Positions 1 through 10,495 of a DNA stretch of 64,000 bases are shown here, in pieces (the stretch's first letter is position 1; each line of letters opens with the position of its first letter). Source of the stretch: an uncultured Mageeibacillus sp. (GTDB taxonomy: Bacteria > Bacillota > Clostridia > Saccharofermentanales > DTU023); assembly GCA_964346695.1 (NCBI GenBank), contig CAYFVK010000002.1:22321-86320 (forward strand), written 5' to 3'. Position numbers and translations under genes: made by a program. The notes beneath the pieces are model-generated. The model was not told the DNA's origin. It searched no databases and saw only the letters and a list, made by a program, of their open reading frames with translations.

Positions 1-195
<195 letters not shown>

Positions 196-222
196 ATTTA
201 TTTTATCTTTTATCAAAATACC

Positions 223-252
223 GACCCGGCAAAGCTATAACTTTGCCGGGTC
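223..252. terminator. Perfect 12-bp hairpin between convergent serS and the histidine kinase gene (likely bidirectional terminator)
   Basis: GACCCGGCAAAG-ctataa-CTTTGCCGGGTC, flanked by an A/T-rich run on each side. Confidence 0.6.
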
Positions 253-287
253 ATTTCCTATATCTGAATTTTTTATAGACGGAATGA

Positions 288-2057
288 TTATAAATTCGAT
301 TGCTCATTGAACCGTTTTAATGTCAGATCCACGGTGAATAAATCATTCTCAACGTCCAGTCTGAGCGAACCTTGCTGTGCCTCCATCAGACTTTTAGCGA
401 TCGACAATCCGATTCCGCTGCCGCCCTTGGAGCGGGACGTATCACCTTGAACAAAGCGCTCCAATAATTGTTCGGAGCTTACATGCAGGGTATCAGCCGA
501 AACATTTCTGATGCGGATGCCGATTTTGTCCTTTTTCTGGGCTAAGACGTCGATATAGACGCGGGTATCGGGGAGGGCGTATTTTTGAATGTTTTGAAAG
601 AGATTTTCAAACACCCGAATCAGATACTTGGGATCGGCCAAAATTTTAGGAGATGTTTCCGGAAAGGTCAGAACAAGTTTCAGATTTTGCTCGGCGAATT
701 TATCCGTGTAATCGGCATAGATTTGGCTTAAAAACTCTTTGATGTCAAGCGGTATCAGATTCGCCGCGATATTCCCGGTTGAAATCTTGGAGGCTTCGAT
801 TAAATCCTCGATCAGTTTTTTCAGACGATTTGACTGCTTGGTGATGACGGCGATATATTGGCTCGCGTTCTCATTGTTTATTTCTTCACGGGAAAGCAAA
901 TCCGCGTACATGATAATGGAAGTCAGGGGTGTTTTGATATCATGTGACACATTGGTAATCAGTTCCGTTTTGAATAAATTACTTTTATTTTTCTCTTCAA
1001 TGGCTTTGTCGATTCCGCTTTTTAACTGATTAACAGCTTTGCTGATTTCATAAAAATCGGAAGAGATGTTTTCTGCATCGACTGAATCAACCGGCCGACC
1101 TTCAGATAAAGCGATCACCGTCTTTTTTATTTTCTGATAATGAATGCAAAAGCGTAATACCAAAAAAATAACGGCCGCGTTGATCAAGACCAATAATACG
1201 ATCATAAGGATTCGTACGGCAGAGGTTTTAGCACTGATCAGCCGGTAAATTAAAAAAGCGTTCAGCAGGAAGTAGATGATCATAATCAGTAATTCCCGGT
1301 AAACAAGCGGCAGTTTTATAAAAAATAATTTTGCTGTATGCAGGAATTTCTTGAGGGCTTTAGTGCAAAAGCGTAAAAATCTGTAAAGCAGACCGGAGGT
1401 AAACAGAGTTTTTGATTTTATTTGAGCCACGAACGTTAAGAGCAATCCATAGAAAATAATAAAATCCACAGTCCAAAACAGAGCATAAAATAATTGCAGA
1501 TTGGGAAACGCCATACTTTGATAGACAGAGAGAACGGATCCCAAGCTGTAGCCGAGAGCGGCTATACTGTAGATCAGAAGACCCGTGATGACGGTCATTA
1601 GATCAAGCGGCAGAAGATGGATGATCATAAAGGAAGGCCGGTCTGCATTTTTCTGCCAGCCCAGACTGATCGCCTGATAGATAAATCCGCTGAGAATAAT
1701 TAAAAATGCCAAAACGATCCAGAGAAAACTGCCGGCGGGGCTTTCAAGAAAATTCAGCTCTGCCGGGGTCGGTTCGCTCACCGACTGCTGATTTTCCGGC
1801 AGCGGAGCTTCGGCTCCTTTCTTCTTCAGCTCGCTGCCCGGCAGACGCGGATCCGGATTGTTCTTCCGGTTATTGAATATATCGTAGGAATTGCTGCTTG
1901 CCGAGTCTTCGACTTGAAAGCTGCCGCTGCCATATGAATGCTCGGTCAAAGGCCTATAATCCGCCGAGAAATAACTGACGGCAAGAAAAGCGGCATAGAA
2001 AAAAGCGATGCATGACAGAATAAAAGTAATAATTTTTAAAGATAGACTACGGCGCAT
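288..2057 (-). CDS. Sensor histidine kinase with a large polytopic N-terminal membrane domain
   Basis: H-box TNVSHDIKTPLTSI. The C-terminal HATPase region contains RNVS...GGSGIGLSIAKSL. Multiple hydrophobic helices lie in the first ~310 aa. It sits downstream of an OmpR-type regulator. Confidence 0.85.
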   Translation of the reverse strand: MRRSLSLKIITFILSCIAFFYAAFLAVSYFSADYRPLTEHSYGSGSFQVEDSASSNSYDIFNNRKNNPDPRLPGSELKKKGAEAPLPENQQSVSEPTPAELNFLESPAGSFLWIVLAFLIILSGFIYQAISLGWQKNADRPSFMIIHLLPLDLMTVITGLLIYSIAALGYSLGSVLSVYQSMAFPNLQLFYALFWTVDFIIFYGLLLTFVAQIKSKTLFTSGLLYRFLRFCTKALKKFLHTAKLFFIKLPLVYRELLIMIIYFLLNAFLIYRLISAKTSAVRILMIVLLVLINAAVIFLVLRFCIHYQKIKKTVIALSEGRPVDSVDAENISSDFYEISKAVNQLKSGIDKAIEEKNKSNLFKTELITNVSHDIKTPLTSIIMYADLLSREEINNENASQYIAVITKQSNRLKKLIEDLIEASKISTGNIAANLIPLDIKEFLSQIYADYTDKFAEQNLKLVLTFPETSPKILADPKYLIRVFENLFQNIQKYALPDTRVYIDVLAQKKDKIGIRIRNVSADTLHVSSEQLLERFVQGDTSRSKGGSGIGLSIAKSLMEAQQGSLRLDVENDLFTVDLTLKRFNEQSNL

Positions 2058-2139
2058 TTTTTCGATTACAAATTTTGAATTGCTGATTTATTAGGGCAAA
2101 GCCCGTTGAGCGGAAGCTCTCAACAGGAATATGCGATGC

Positions 2140-2859
2140 TTAAAGTTTCTCCAAACGGTAACCCTGACCCCAGATCACGGTGATGAGATGCGGGTCGGCG
2201 GGATCGGTCTCAATCTTCTCACGCAGATGCCGAATGTGTACGGCGACCGTTCCGTCGGCTCCATAGGCCGGTGAATTCCAGACTCTTTCATAAATCTCGG
2301 TTGAGGAAAAAACCTTTCCGGCGTTTTCCAGCAATAATTTCAAGATGAGAAATTCAATCGGCGTCAAAGAGATCATTTTGCCGTCCGCGAAAACTTCCCG
2401 GGTTTCTAAATTCATGCTCAAAGGACCTGAACTGATTACGGTTTCACTCTGTTCGAGGCTTCCCAGTTTGGTATAGCGGCGTAATTGAGAGCGAATTCGG
2501 GCGACAACTTCTATCGGATTGAAAGGTTTGACAATATAATCATCTGCTCCGATATTCAAACCCAGAATTTTATCATAGTCCTCACTTTTCGCTGTCAGGT
2601 GAATGATCGGAATATTCGAAAATTCGCGAATCTTCTTGGTCGCTTCAATCCCGTCCATAACCGGCATCATCAGATCGAGCAGGAGCAAATGCACATCATT
2701 GTTTTTTATCATTTCGATCGCCTCGACGCCGTTATAGGCTGCCAGAACCTGATAGCCTTCGGCAGTCAAATAGATTTTCAGGGCGTTGACGATATCTCTT
2801 TCATCATCGCAAATTAAAATTGTTTTTGTTTCGGACATAATGTTCTCCATCTGTTTCAT
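2140..2859 (-). CDS. OmpR/PhoB-family response regulator
   Basis: Receiver motifs ILICDDE, LLLLDLMMP and LTAK. The C-terminal winged-helix region reads LTPIEFLILKLL...VAVHIRHLREKIE...GQGYRL. Several in-frame Met codons make the exact start uncertain. Confidence 0.9.
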   Translation of the reverse strand: MKQMENIMSETKTILICDDERDIVNALKIYLTAEGYQVLAAYNGVEAIEMIKNNDVHLLLLDLMMPVMDGIEATKKIREFSNIPIIHLTAKSEDYDKILGLNIGADDYIVKPFNPIEVVARIRSQLRRYTKLGSLEQSETVISSGPLSMNLETREVFADGKMISLTPIEFLILKLLLENAGKVFSSTEIYERVWNSPAYGADGTVAVHIRHLREKIETDPADPHLITVIWGQGYRLEKL

Positions 2860-2962
2860 TATTACTATGCTAAAACAAATTAACTTTTGTTGCTATAATG
2901 TTCATTAAGATTTTTTTAGGAATTTCTGAAAAAACACTCAAGAATGGAATCGAGGATTAATT

Positions 2963-3859
2963 TTGTATTTTTCAAAAACATATCAAATCGGAAAAATTCC
3001 GGTTTTGGAAATATCGTCGAAAGACCTGTCCGATAAACCCGCTCCGCTTTTAATTTTCTATCATGGCTGGACCTCCTGCAAAGAGGAGATGGAGAACTTC
3101 GCCCGTATTCTGGTAAAGTCCGGTTTCCGCATTATTTTCCCGGATGTAGCATTTCACGGGGAGCGTTATCCGATCCGACTCAGGATGTGGGATGCTCATT
3201 ATATTTTTCTCAGCGTGATGAGCGCCACGGATGAATTCGCTGAATTGAGCAGGTATTTTTCAGAGCAAAATCTGATAGCCAAAGACTTTATCGCTGTTGC
3301 CGGTGTTTCAATGGGCGGCCTTATTACCAATGCTATATTGCGAAACTATCCGTCCGTCAAAATGGCCGCTTCGATGATGGGAACCGCCATGCTCCAAGAC
3401 TATGCCGATTGGGTTTCCTTAATCGGTCTGGATAATCTTGTGGAGGCTTCTTCTTTCTTCTATCCTGATCGCGCCTTGCCGGACGAGCGGATGCTTGACG
3501 GGATCATTGCCAAAGAGTCCAATCAAATCAGGGAACTGATGCCGCAGCTCAAGTTTTATGATTTGAGCCTTGAGCCGGAGGCCATTGCTTATCGTCCGAT
3601 TTATTATTGGCAGGCGAAGCCGGATCCGTTGATTCCCTGCCATCTGCTGGAGGAATTTATGAAGCGGATGCGGGATCTTGAAGAAGCTGAAAATATTCGT
3701 GCCGTCATCGCGGAAAAGGGAACTCATCTTTTGACTTTGCGGGAATTGAAATTTCTCACTGCTTTTTTCAGTTCAGGCTATCAGGAATTGGCGGATATGA
3801 CAAAAGAGCAGTTGGAGCAGGGGATCCCTGAGTTTTGGCGGCAAATGATCAGAGAATGA
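2963..3859 (+). CDS. Alpha/beta-fold hydrolase (esterase/peptidase-like)
   Basis: Nucleophile elbow GVSMGG, preceded by LLIFYHGW. TTG start in the ORF track. Confidence 0.7.
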   Translation: MYFSKTYQIGKIPVLEISSKDLSDKPAPLLIFYHGWTSCKEEMENFARILVKSGFRIIFPDVAFHGERYPIRLRMWDAHYIFLSVMSATDEFAELSRYFSEQNLIAKDFIAVAGVSMGGLITNAILRNYPSVKMAASMMGTAMLQDYADWVSLIGLDNLVEASSFFYPDRALPDERMLDGIIAKESNQIRELMPQLKFYDLSLEPEAIAYRPIYYWQAKPDPLIPCHLLEEFMKRMRDLEEAENIRAVIAEKGTHLLTLRELKFLTAFFSSGYQELADMTKEQLEQGIPEFWRQMIRE

Positions 3860-4050
3860 ACAATCTTGCTCTCTGATCGGGCGATGATTTATTGATCCGG
3901 TACGAATAATCATCGAGAACGAAAGATTTAGCGAAATTTGTTTCGTACTTTTGATGCTGCTTTAATCAAATCTTAATAAAGAATTTATCTTTTCAGGGTT
4001 GGGAAAAGCTCTGTTTTTGTTAGACTATGTGCGAAGGAAATTAGAGCAAT

Positions 4051-6498
4051 TTGAGTTTTAGAATGCAAAAAGCGGAAAACAAAGAAAAAAAGAGCAGCGA
4101 GTCCGCACAGGATTTGCTGAATACCCCGGCTACAGGTCTGACGGCGACCGAAGTCATGCGGCGCAGAGCGGACGGTCTGGGCAATGAAGCCAGTCAACTC
4201 TCAGTCAAACCGATTCGAAAAATTATCGCTGAACACGTTTTGACTCCGTTTAATTTATTGAACTTAATTTTATTTTTAATCATTATTTTTGTTTCTCTGA
4301 AAAATCCGAAATATTTATTGAACGGTTTCTTTTTCGGGGTTGCCCTCGTCAACACGGCAGGCGGCATTATTCAGGAACTGAAGGCGAGAAAAGAAGTTTT
4401 GCGCCTTTCCATTATCAATCAGCCCTATGTTTATGTGATTCGTGATGCCGAGAAGGAAAAAATTTCCGTTTCTGATCTGGTTGTCGGTGATTTGATCGAG
4501 CTCTATCCGCAAAATCAGATTGCTGTTGATGCCATTTATCTTGAAGGCCTGAATTTTCAGGTTGACGAATCTCATTTAAGCGGGGAGTCGGTTCCGGTTT
4601 TCAAAGCAAAAGGTGATCCTCTTCTTTCCGGTAGTTTTGTTATTTCCGGCAAAGCTAAAGCGATTGTTGAAAAAACGGGTACGGCGACATACTCCGCTAA
4701 ACTGACGGCAGAAGCCTCGGTTATCAAAAAACCGGATTCGGAAATCAAGATTGCCCTTGATCAAATCTCAAGATTCCTCGGCATCGCGATTATTCTGATC
4801 GGAACAGCGATGCTGATCAGCAAATTTTCCGCACGACCTTTCGCGGATTATCCTAATATTTTAACCACGACCGTGGCGGCGATGGTCGGCATGATTCCGG
4901 AAGGGCTTGTGCTGTTGAATACGGTCGCTTTCATTGTCGGGGTGATTAATCTGGCCCGACATCATATTCTGGTGCAACGCATGAATACGATCGAAACTCT
5001 GGCCAGAGTCGATACCATGTGCATGGATAAAACCGGCACCATTACCACGGGCGAGATGCAGGTTCTGGGAATTCACAGCGACGCGCCCCTGACCGCTGAG
5101 CAGGAGTCCGCGATCGTGACGGCTTTCCGAGCACTCGATGACGATAATGCCACGAGCCGCGCTATTCTCAAGCATTATGCTGATTTGGCGGAGGCGCAGG
5201 ACTTTGTGGTCAGCGAGCATTATTCTTTCAAATCCGAGAACAAATGGGCGGGAGTTGCCTTTGAAAAGCAGGGTACATGGCTTTTCGGCGCACCGGAAAT
5301 CCTCCTGTCCGCCCGGCAGTTAGACGCTGAGCAGGCTTATCTTGCCGAAACGACGAGCCGGGGTATTCGTTTATTATGCATCACGTTTACGCCCGAAAAA
5401 TTGCCGGATAAGGATACTTTACCTCAACAGCTGCAGCCGATCGGTTTTTTTGAGATTGAAGATACGATTCGTGAAAATGCCGGTCAATTGTTTAATTATT
5501 TCGCCGCCCAAAATGTGGATGTCAAAATCATCTCCGGTGATAATCCCCTTACCGTGCAGGGCATTGCCCGAAAAGCCAAGATCAGCGGTTTGGAAAAAGC
5601 GGTAGATTTAAGCAGCTTAGAAGCGAGCGGAGCAGCGATCGATTATGCCGAATTGGTTGAAAACTATCAGCTTTTCGGCAGAGTGACGCCTTTTCAGAAA
5701 AAAGAAATTATTCGCCATTTGCAAATGAATAATCATGTTGTGGCGATGACCGGTGACGGGATCAATGATGTTCCCGCATTCAAGGCGGCGGATTGCAGCG
5801 TGGCTATGGTCGAGGGTAGCGACGCTGCCAGGGTTTCCGCAGATCTGGTTTTGATGAAAAATGATTTATCGGCGATGATCCCGGCAGTTTATGAGGGCAG
5901 ACGGATTATCAATAATATTGAGCGGGTAGCCTGCCTGTTTTTAACAAAGACGGTTTATATGTCCATCTTGGCATTTATTTATATTTTCATGGCGGATAAT
6001 TTTCCGCTGTTCCCGATTCAGATGAGCTTGATCGGTTCGGGAACTATCGGCATTCCGGGCTTCTTCCTGTCTTTGATTCCCAATAAAAACAGAGTGAGCG
6101 GCAGATTTTTGGAAAAAACGCTCGGCATGGCGATTCCTTCCGGCTTGACGGCGGTTGTCGCCGTGATGGTTCATCAGCTGCTGGCCCGGGGTTTCGACAT
6201 TCGGCAAAGCCAGAATAATACAATCGTTCTGATCCTGCTTTTGACGGTCAGTATGATTGTTCTGTCCAGAGCCTGTATGCCCTTTACCAAGTATCGATTA
6301 GCCGTTTGGTTATTTTCCTTCGGCATCATCTTATTCGGTTTTTTGGTTATTCCGGACCTCCTGTTTTTAGAAAGACTTTCTCTCGCTTCCCTGAAATATG
6401 TGTTATGTTTTGTAATCGGCATCGTGCTGTTGCATTATATTTTGTATAGATTGAGTCAATACGTCATCGACAAATTTATTGTGAAGAAAAGGATCTGA
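4051..6498 (+). CDS. Cation-transporting P-type ATPase (P2/HAD-IC type, Ca2+/Mg2+-like)
   Basis: DKTGTITTG phosphorylation motif, MTGDGINDVPAFKAAD hinge, N-terminal GLTATEVMRRRADGLGNE cation-ATPase-N motif and about 10 TM segments. The ORF-track start is TTG 4051. ATG 4063 is an alternative. Confidence 0.85.
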   Translation: MSFRMQKAENKEKKSSESAQDLLNTPATGLTATEVMRRRADGLGNEASQLSVKPIRKIIAEHVLTPFNLLNLILFLIIIFVSLKNPKYLLNGFFFGVALVNTAGGIIQELKARKEVLRLSIINQPYVYVIRDAEKEKISVSDLVVGDLIELYPQNQIAVDAIYLEGLNFQVDESHLSGESVPVFKAKGDPLLSGSFVISGKAKAIVEKTGTATYSAKLTAEASVIKKPDSEIKIALDQISRFLGIAIILIGTAMLISKFSARPFADYPNILTTTVAAMVGMIPEGLVLLNTVAFIVGVINLARHHILVQRMNTIETLARVDTMCMDKTGTITTGEMQVLGIHSDAPLTAEQESAIVTAFRALDDDNATSRAILKHYADLAEAQDFVVSEHYSFKSENKWAGVAFEKQGTWLFGAPEILLSARQLDAEQAYLAETTSRGIRLLCITFTPEKLPDKDTLPQQLQPIGFFEIEDTIRENAGQLFNYFAAQNVDVKIISGDNPLTVQGIARKAKISGLEKAVDLSSLEASGAAIDYAELVENYQLFGRVTPFQKKEIIRHLQMNNHVVAMTGDGINDVPAFKAADCSVAMVEGSDAARVSADLVLMKNDLSAMIPAVYEGRRIINNIERVACLFLTKTVYMSILAFIYIFMADNFPLFPIQMSLIGSGTIGIPGFFLSLIPNKNRVSGRFLEKTLGMAIPSGLTAVVAVMVHQLLARGFDIRQSQNNTIVLILLLTVSMIVLSRACMPFTKYRLAVWLFSFGIILFGFLVIPDLLFLERLSLASLKYVLCFVIGIVLLHYILYRLSQYVIDKFIVKKRI

Positions 6499-6499
6499 A

Positions 6500-7267
6500 A
6501 TGTTAAAAGTAAATCAAGTGACCAAACGTTATGGCAAATTAGTAGCCAACGATCATATCAGTTTAGAAATTCCGGCAAAGTCCGTGGCATTGCTGGTCGG
6601 GCCGAACGGCGCCGGCAAATCTACTCTGCTTAAATGCATAACCGGTCTGGCTCGTTATGAGGGAGAAATTACGATTGCGGATTTTCCGAACAAATCTGTT
6701 GAGGCGAAGCGCGTCATCGGCTATGTTCCGGAAATCCCTCATCTGTATCCCTTGCTGACGGTGGCTGAACATCTGGAATTTACGGCGAGGGTCTATAAGC
6801 TGGGCAAAGAGTCTAAAGAGCGTTCGGATCAGTTGCTGAAAATGTTTGAGATGGATGATAAGAAGGATAAGCTGGGCGGCGCGCTGTCTAAGGGGATGCA
6901 GCAGAAGCTCAGTATCTGCAATGCTCTGCTGCCTGATCCGGAATTTGTTATTTTTGATGAGCCGTTGGTCGGACTCGATCCTTATGCCATCAAACAACTC
7001 AAATCAGTCTTTCGGGATCTGGCGGAAAAAGGACATTCCCTGCTCATCAGCACCCATATTTTAGATACGGTGGATGAATTATGGGATCAGGTTTTTATTA
7101 TGGATAAAGGGCGTATCGTAGCGACCGGCAGAAAAACGGAGCTGGATCAGCTGGGTAAGACCTTAGAGGATTTCTTCTTTGACGTGACGGAATATTCAAA
7201 GCAGACTCTGCAGCCGAATCCGTACATTCCTGAGAAAGAGAACTTTTCTCCGGATCAAACTGGGTAG
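6500..7267 (+). CDS. ABC transporter ATP-binding protein
   Basis: Walker A GPNGAGKST, signature LSKGMQQKL, Walker B VIFDEP. The ATG lies 1 nt after the ATPase stop codon. Confidence 0.9.
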   Translation: MLKVNQVTKRYGKLVANDHISLEIPAKSVALLVGPNGAGKSTLLKCITGLARYEGEITIADFPNKSVEAKRVIGYVPEIPHLYPLLTVAEHLEFTARVYKLGKESKERSDQLLKMFEMDDKKDKLGGALSKGMQQKLSICNALLPDPEFVIFDEPLVGLDPYAIKQLKSVFRDLAEKGHSLLISTHILDTVDELWDQVFIMDKGRIVATGRKTELDQLGKTLEDFFFDVTEYSKQTLQPNPYIPEKENFSPDQTG

Positions 7268-7276
7268 TAGATCAAA

Positions 7277-8863
7277 ATGAAAGCATTGCTTTATCTGAAA
7301 TATCGGACCTTTATTAATTCTCTCAAACAGCTAAAAGAAAAGCCGAGCAAATTTATCTCCGTATTGTTTTATCTCGGTTTTTTGGGGATAGCATTTTTAA
7401 ATCTGGGCAATGGCGGGGAAAGTGAATCGCATGTTGCTTCAGAACAAAGTATGCACATTCTCTCTTTGATTTTCTTTGCAATCGTCTTGCTGATTACGAC
7501 TATTTCCTGGCACAGCGGCACCAAAAACGGCATGCGGATTTTTCAGCTGGCGGATACGCAAATGCTGTTTACCGCTCCTTTTAAGCAAGCGACCATCCTC
7601 ATGTACGGTATGCTCGGACAATTGCAGGCTTCAATCCTGAGCTCTATTTTTCTGATCTATCAGATTCCGAACTTAAAAAACTGGGGATTCAGCGCAGGAA
7701 AAATTGCTATTATATTTGCGATCTGGATTTTACTGACTTTCTTCGGCAGCATTCTTTCCGCCTTTGTCTACGCTATGAGTTTCGGCTCGGAACGCAAAAA
7801 GATAATCTCATTAATTATTAATTATGCCATTCTGCTGTCTGTTATCATCATTTTGTTCTTGTTATATCTACGGGAGAAATCTTTCAGCGGCGTTTTGGAA
7901 GCCTTATATGCGACAGATATTTTATATTTCATACCGGTTGCCGGCTGGACGAAAGGACTGCTTGATTTATTTTTATTCGGATTTTCCTGGCTGCGCGTAC
8001 TGGCGGGAGCTTTATTCTTCATTGTACCGACTTTGTTTTTGCTGATTCTCTATCATATTCAGATCGATTTTTATGAGGACGCGTTAAGTATGGTGCAGTC
8101 CAACTTGATTAATGAAGATGATAAAAAAGCGATTGCCGATGCCACTAAGAAAAAAGAGCTGTCGCGGGTGAAGGTCAGAAAGACCGGGATTGGCAAAGGT
8201 TGCGGCGAATCGACCATTTTTTACAGGCGGTGGCTGGAGTACAGAAGAATGAACCGCTTCTTTGTCACACCGCTGATGTGCTTTATGCTGATTGTCCTGG
8301 GGGCTGTCGCTATCGGCACGAAAAAAGCGGGAGAGAACCTTAGTCCGATCGTTTATTGGGGCATCTCGATCGTGTTTGTTTTTATCGGTTCCTTCGAATC
8401 TTCCACGATCCGCTCTCTGAATGAATACCAATTCTATCTCTTGCCCGGCAAAGCCTTGTCAAAAGTATTTTACAGCGGAGCTTTCTCCGTTCTTATCATG
8501 ATTGTCAATGTGATTCCGGCTTATCTTTTTGTTGCTGTTTACGCCCGTTTTAATCCGCTCTTGATTCCGGTCGGAATTTTAATGACACTGAGTATCATCC
8601 TGATTATGAATACAGCCCAGATTGTGGTGTTTCAGATCTTTGGCGAGATACGTTCGGCTTTGAGTATGTTCCTGCTCTTTGTGATCACATTTGTTTTCAT
8701 AGCACCGAGCATGGTTTTATTTATTCTGAGCGGCATCAGCATATCGGCGTTTGACTGGCTGAATTATTTGTTATTGCTGATCGGAATTTTGATCAATGCC
8801 GGCATCGGCTATTTGGGCTTATTCATCGGCAAGAAATATTTGCAACGCGGACCGGAGAAATAA
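7277..8863 (+). CDS. Polytopic membrane protein, putative ABC-exporter permease partner
   Basis: 528 aa with about 10-12 hydrophobic helices. It starts 9 nt after the ABC ATPase gene. No catalytic motif is recognisable. Confidence 0.55.
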   Translation: MKALLYLKYRTFINSLKQLKEKPSKFISVLFYLGFLGIAFLNLGNGGESESHVASEQSMHILSLIFFAIVLLITTISWHSGTKNGMRIFQLADTQMLFTAPFKQATILMYGMLGQLQASILSSIFLIYQIPNLKNWGFSAGKIAIIFAIWILLTFFGSILSAFVYAMSFGSERKKIISLIINYAILLSVIIILFLLYLREKSFSGVLEALYATDILYFIPVAGWTKGLLDLFLFGFSWLRVLAGALFFIVPTLFLLILYHIQIDFYEDALSMVQSNLINEDDKKAIADATKKKELSRVKVRKTGIGKGCGESTIFYRRWLEYRRMNRFFVTPLMCFMLIVLGAVAIGTKKAGENLSPIVYWGISIVFVFIGSFESSTIRSLNEYQFYLLPGKALSKVFYSGAFSVLIMIVNVIPAYLFVAVYARFNPLLIPVGILMTLSIILIMNTAQIVVFQIFGEIRSALSMFLLFVITFVFIAPSMVLFILSGISISAFDWLNYLLLLIGILINAGIGYLGLFIGKKYLQRGPEK

Positions 8864-9085
8864 TTTATCCTGATCAGCTTTTGCCTATCGGTTCGGATGA
8901 TCCGCGGCTTAAACCGGCTGAACGGACGAATTAGCTGAACACGGTGTGATTCGGTGCCGAACGGCAGGTACAGGGAAAACAGACAAAACTTTCTTTTGTT
9001 TCATTGCCTTATTAAAAATTATTATACATAATAGTCACATTATCAAAATTTATGCATTTAGAATGCGGACGTTGAAGAGGGCTTT

Positions 9086-10480
9086 ATGCGAATAGTTGTT
9101 GCCGGAGCGGGCAAGATCGGAACGGCGATCTGTCTGGAGTTGGCGAATGAGGGACATGACCTGATCGTCATCGAAAAAGATGAGGATCTGATCGAAAGGT
9201 TGATTGAGAGAACCGATGTCACGGGAATTTCCGGGAGTGCGGTTGATTATGACGTACTCCTTGAGGCAGATGTTGAAGATTGCGATCTGTTTATCAGCGT
9301 GACCGGCAATGATGAAATCAATCTGATCTCTGCAGTTCTGGCGGCAAGATTAGGCGCCGCCTATACGGTAGCCAGAGTCGGTGATCCGCAATACGGAACA
9401 CATATGAATATCATGCGCCGTGCGCTCGGCGTATCTTTTCTGATCAATCCGAAATTAGAAGCTGCCAGAGAAATTGCCAGAAATATCAGTGCACCATCCT
9501 CCGTGTCGGTTGAAAGTTTTGCCAACAATCGGGTCAATATGCATGAGGTGGTGATCGAGCCCGGCAGCCAGCTGATCAATATGAGATTGACTGAATTCAG
9601 AAACCGCTTTACTTCCATCTTGGTTTGCGCTGTTTCCAGAGAGCGGGAGGTTATTATTCCGAGCGGTGACTTTATTCTGCAGGAAGGCGACATTCTGCAA
9701 ATTACAGGCTTTATCAAAGATTTGGATCAGTTTTATACTTCCATCGGCAAATTCAAGAAAAAAATCAAAAATATTTTAATTATCGGCGGCAGTGAGATCA
9801 CGAACTATCTCTGCCGTATTTTTAAGTCACAGGTTTTTCAACTTAATTTTACCGTGATCGAGCGGAGTGAGCGAATTGCCCGCGAATTGGCTGCGGCATT
9901 CCCGGGGATTACCGTTCTCAAAGGGGATGGCACGGATCATCATGTCTTGGAAGACATTAATTTTGACCTCTATGACGCGGTTATTTCGTTAACCGGCGTC
10001 GATGAGGAAAATATCATGGTAGGCCTCCTCGCTGCACAGCATAATATTCCCAAGATTATAACCAAAGTAAATCGAACGGAAATTTTGCCGATCATCAAGA
10101 AAAATCGTCTGCAGACGGTCATTACGCCGAAGTCCATCGTTTCCGATCTGTTGATCAGACTTGCCAGATCTCATGAGAACGCGATCGGATCCAAAGTGGA
10201 GGCCCTATATCGGATTTTTGACAATGAAGTTGAAATTCTGGAATTTACGGTGAACAAAGACAGTAAAGTCCTGAATACGCCGCTGAAAGATTTGCAGTTA
10301 AAGAAAGATACTCTGATTGTTTTTATCCAAAGACAAAATCAGGTTATTTTCCCATCCGGCAGTGATTCTATTCAGGCGGAAGATCATATTGTCATTATTT
10401 CAAAACAAAAACAATTTGACGATGTGGATGATATTTTATTAAACAAAAAACAGCCGGAACAGAAATCAGCCAGCATGTGA
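9086..10480 (+). CDS. trkA: Trk potassium-uptake system NAD-binding subunit TrkA (tandem RCK)
   Basis: Two Rossmann starts (VVAGAGKIGTAI and ILIIGGSEITNYL), each followed by an RCK_C-like segment. It lies directly upstream of trkH. Confidence 0.85.
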   Translation: MRIVVAGAGKIGTAICLELANEGHDLIVIEKDEDLIERLIERTDVTGISGSAVDYDVLLEADVEDCDLFISVTGNDEINLISAVLAARLGAAYTVARVGDPQYGTHMNIMRRALGVSFLINPKLEAAREIARNISAPSSVSVESFANNRVNMHEVVIEPGSQLINMRLTEFRNRFTSILVCAVSREREVIIPSGDFILQEGDILQITGFIKDLDQFYTSIGKFKKKIKNILIIGGSEITNYLCRIFKSQVFQLNFTVIERSERIARELAAAFPGITVLKGDGTDHHVLEDINFDLYDAVISLTGVDEENIMVGLLAAQHNIPKIITKVNRTEILPIIKKNRLQTVITPKSIVSDLLIRLARSHENAIGSKVEALYRIFDNEVEILEFTVNKDSKVLNTPLKDLQLKKDTLIVFIQRQNQVIFPSGSDSIQAEDHIVIISKQKQFDDVDDILLNKKQPEQKSASM

Positions 10481-10495
10481 TAATGAGGATCGATC

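Noticed and set aside
3860-4050. Possible Mg2+ (M-box) riboswitch upstream of the P-type cation ATPase
   Set aside because: No M-box core (GTTAGGTGAGGCT-like) or extended three-helix arrangement is visible, and the region is short and AT-rich.
8864-9085. Possible c-di-AMP (ydaO-type) riboswitch upstream of trkA, because K+ transporters are its classic targets
   Set aside because: The region has small hairpins (TTCGG-tg-CCGAA) and a duplicated GCTGAAC. It lacks the conserved ydaO blocks (GGGGACCCA, GGTGAATCC, CCGAACCCGNCAGCTAACCTCGTAAGCG). Only a weak CCGAAC..CAGGTAC resemblance remains. An Rfam scan would be needed to revive this idea.
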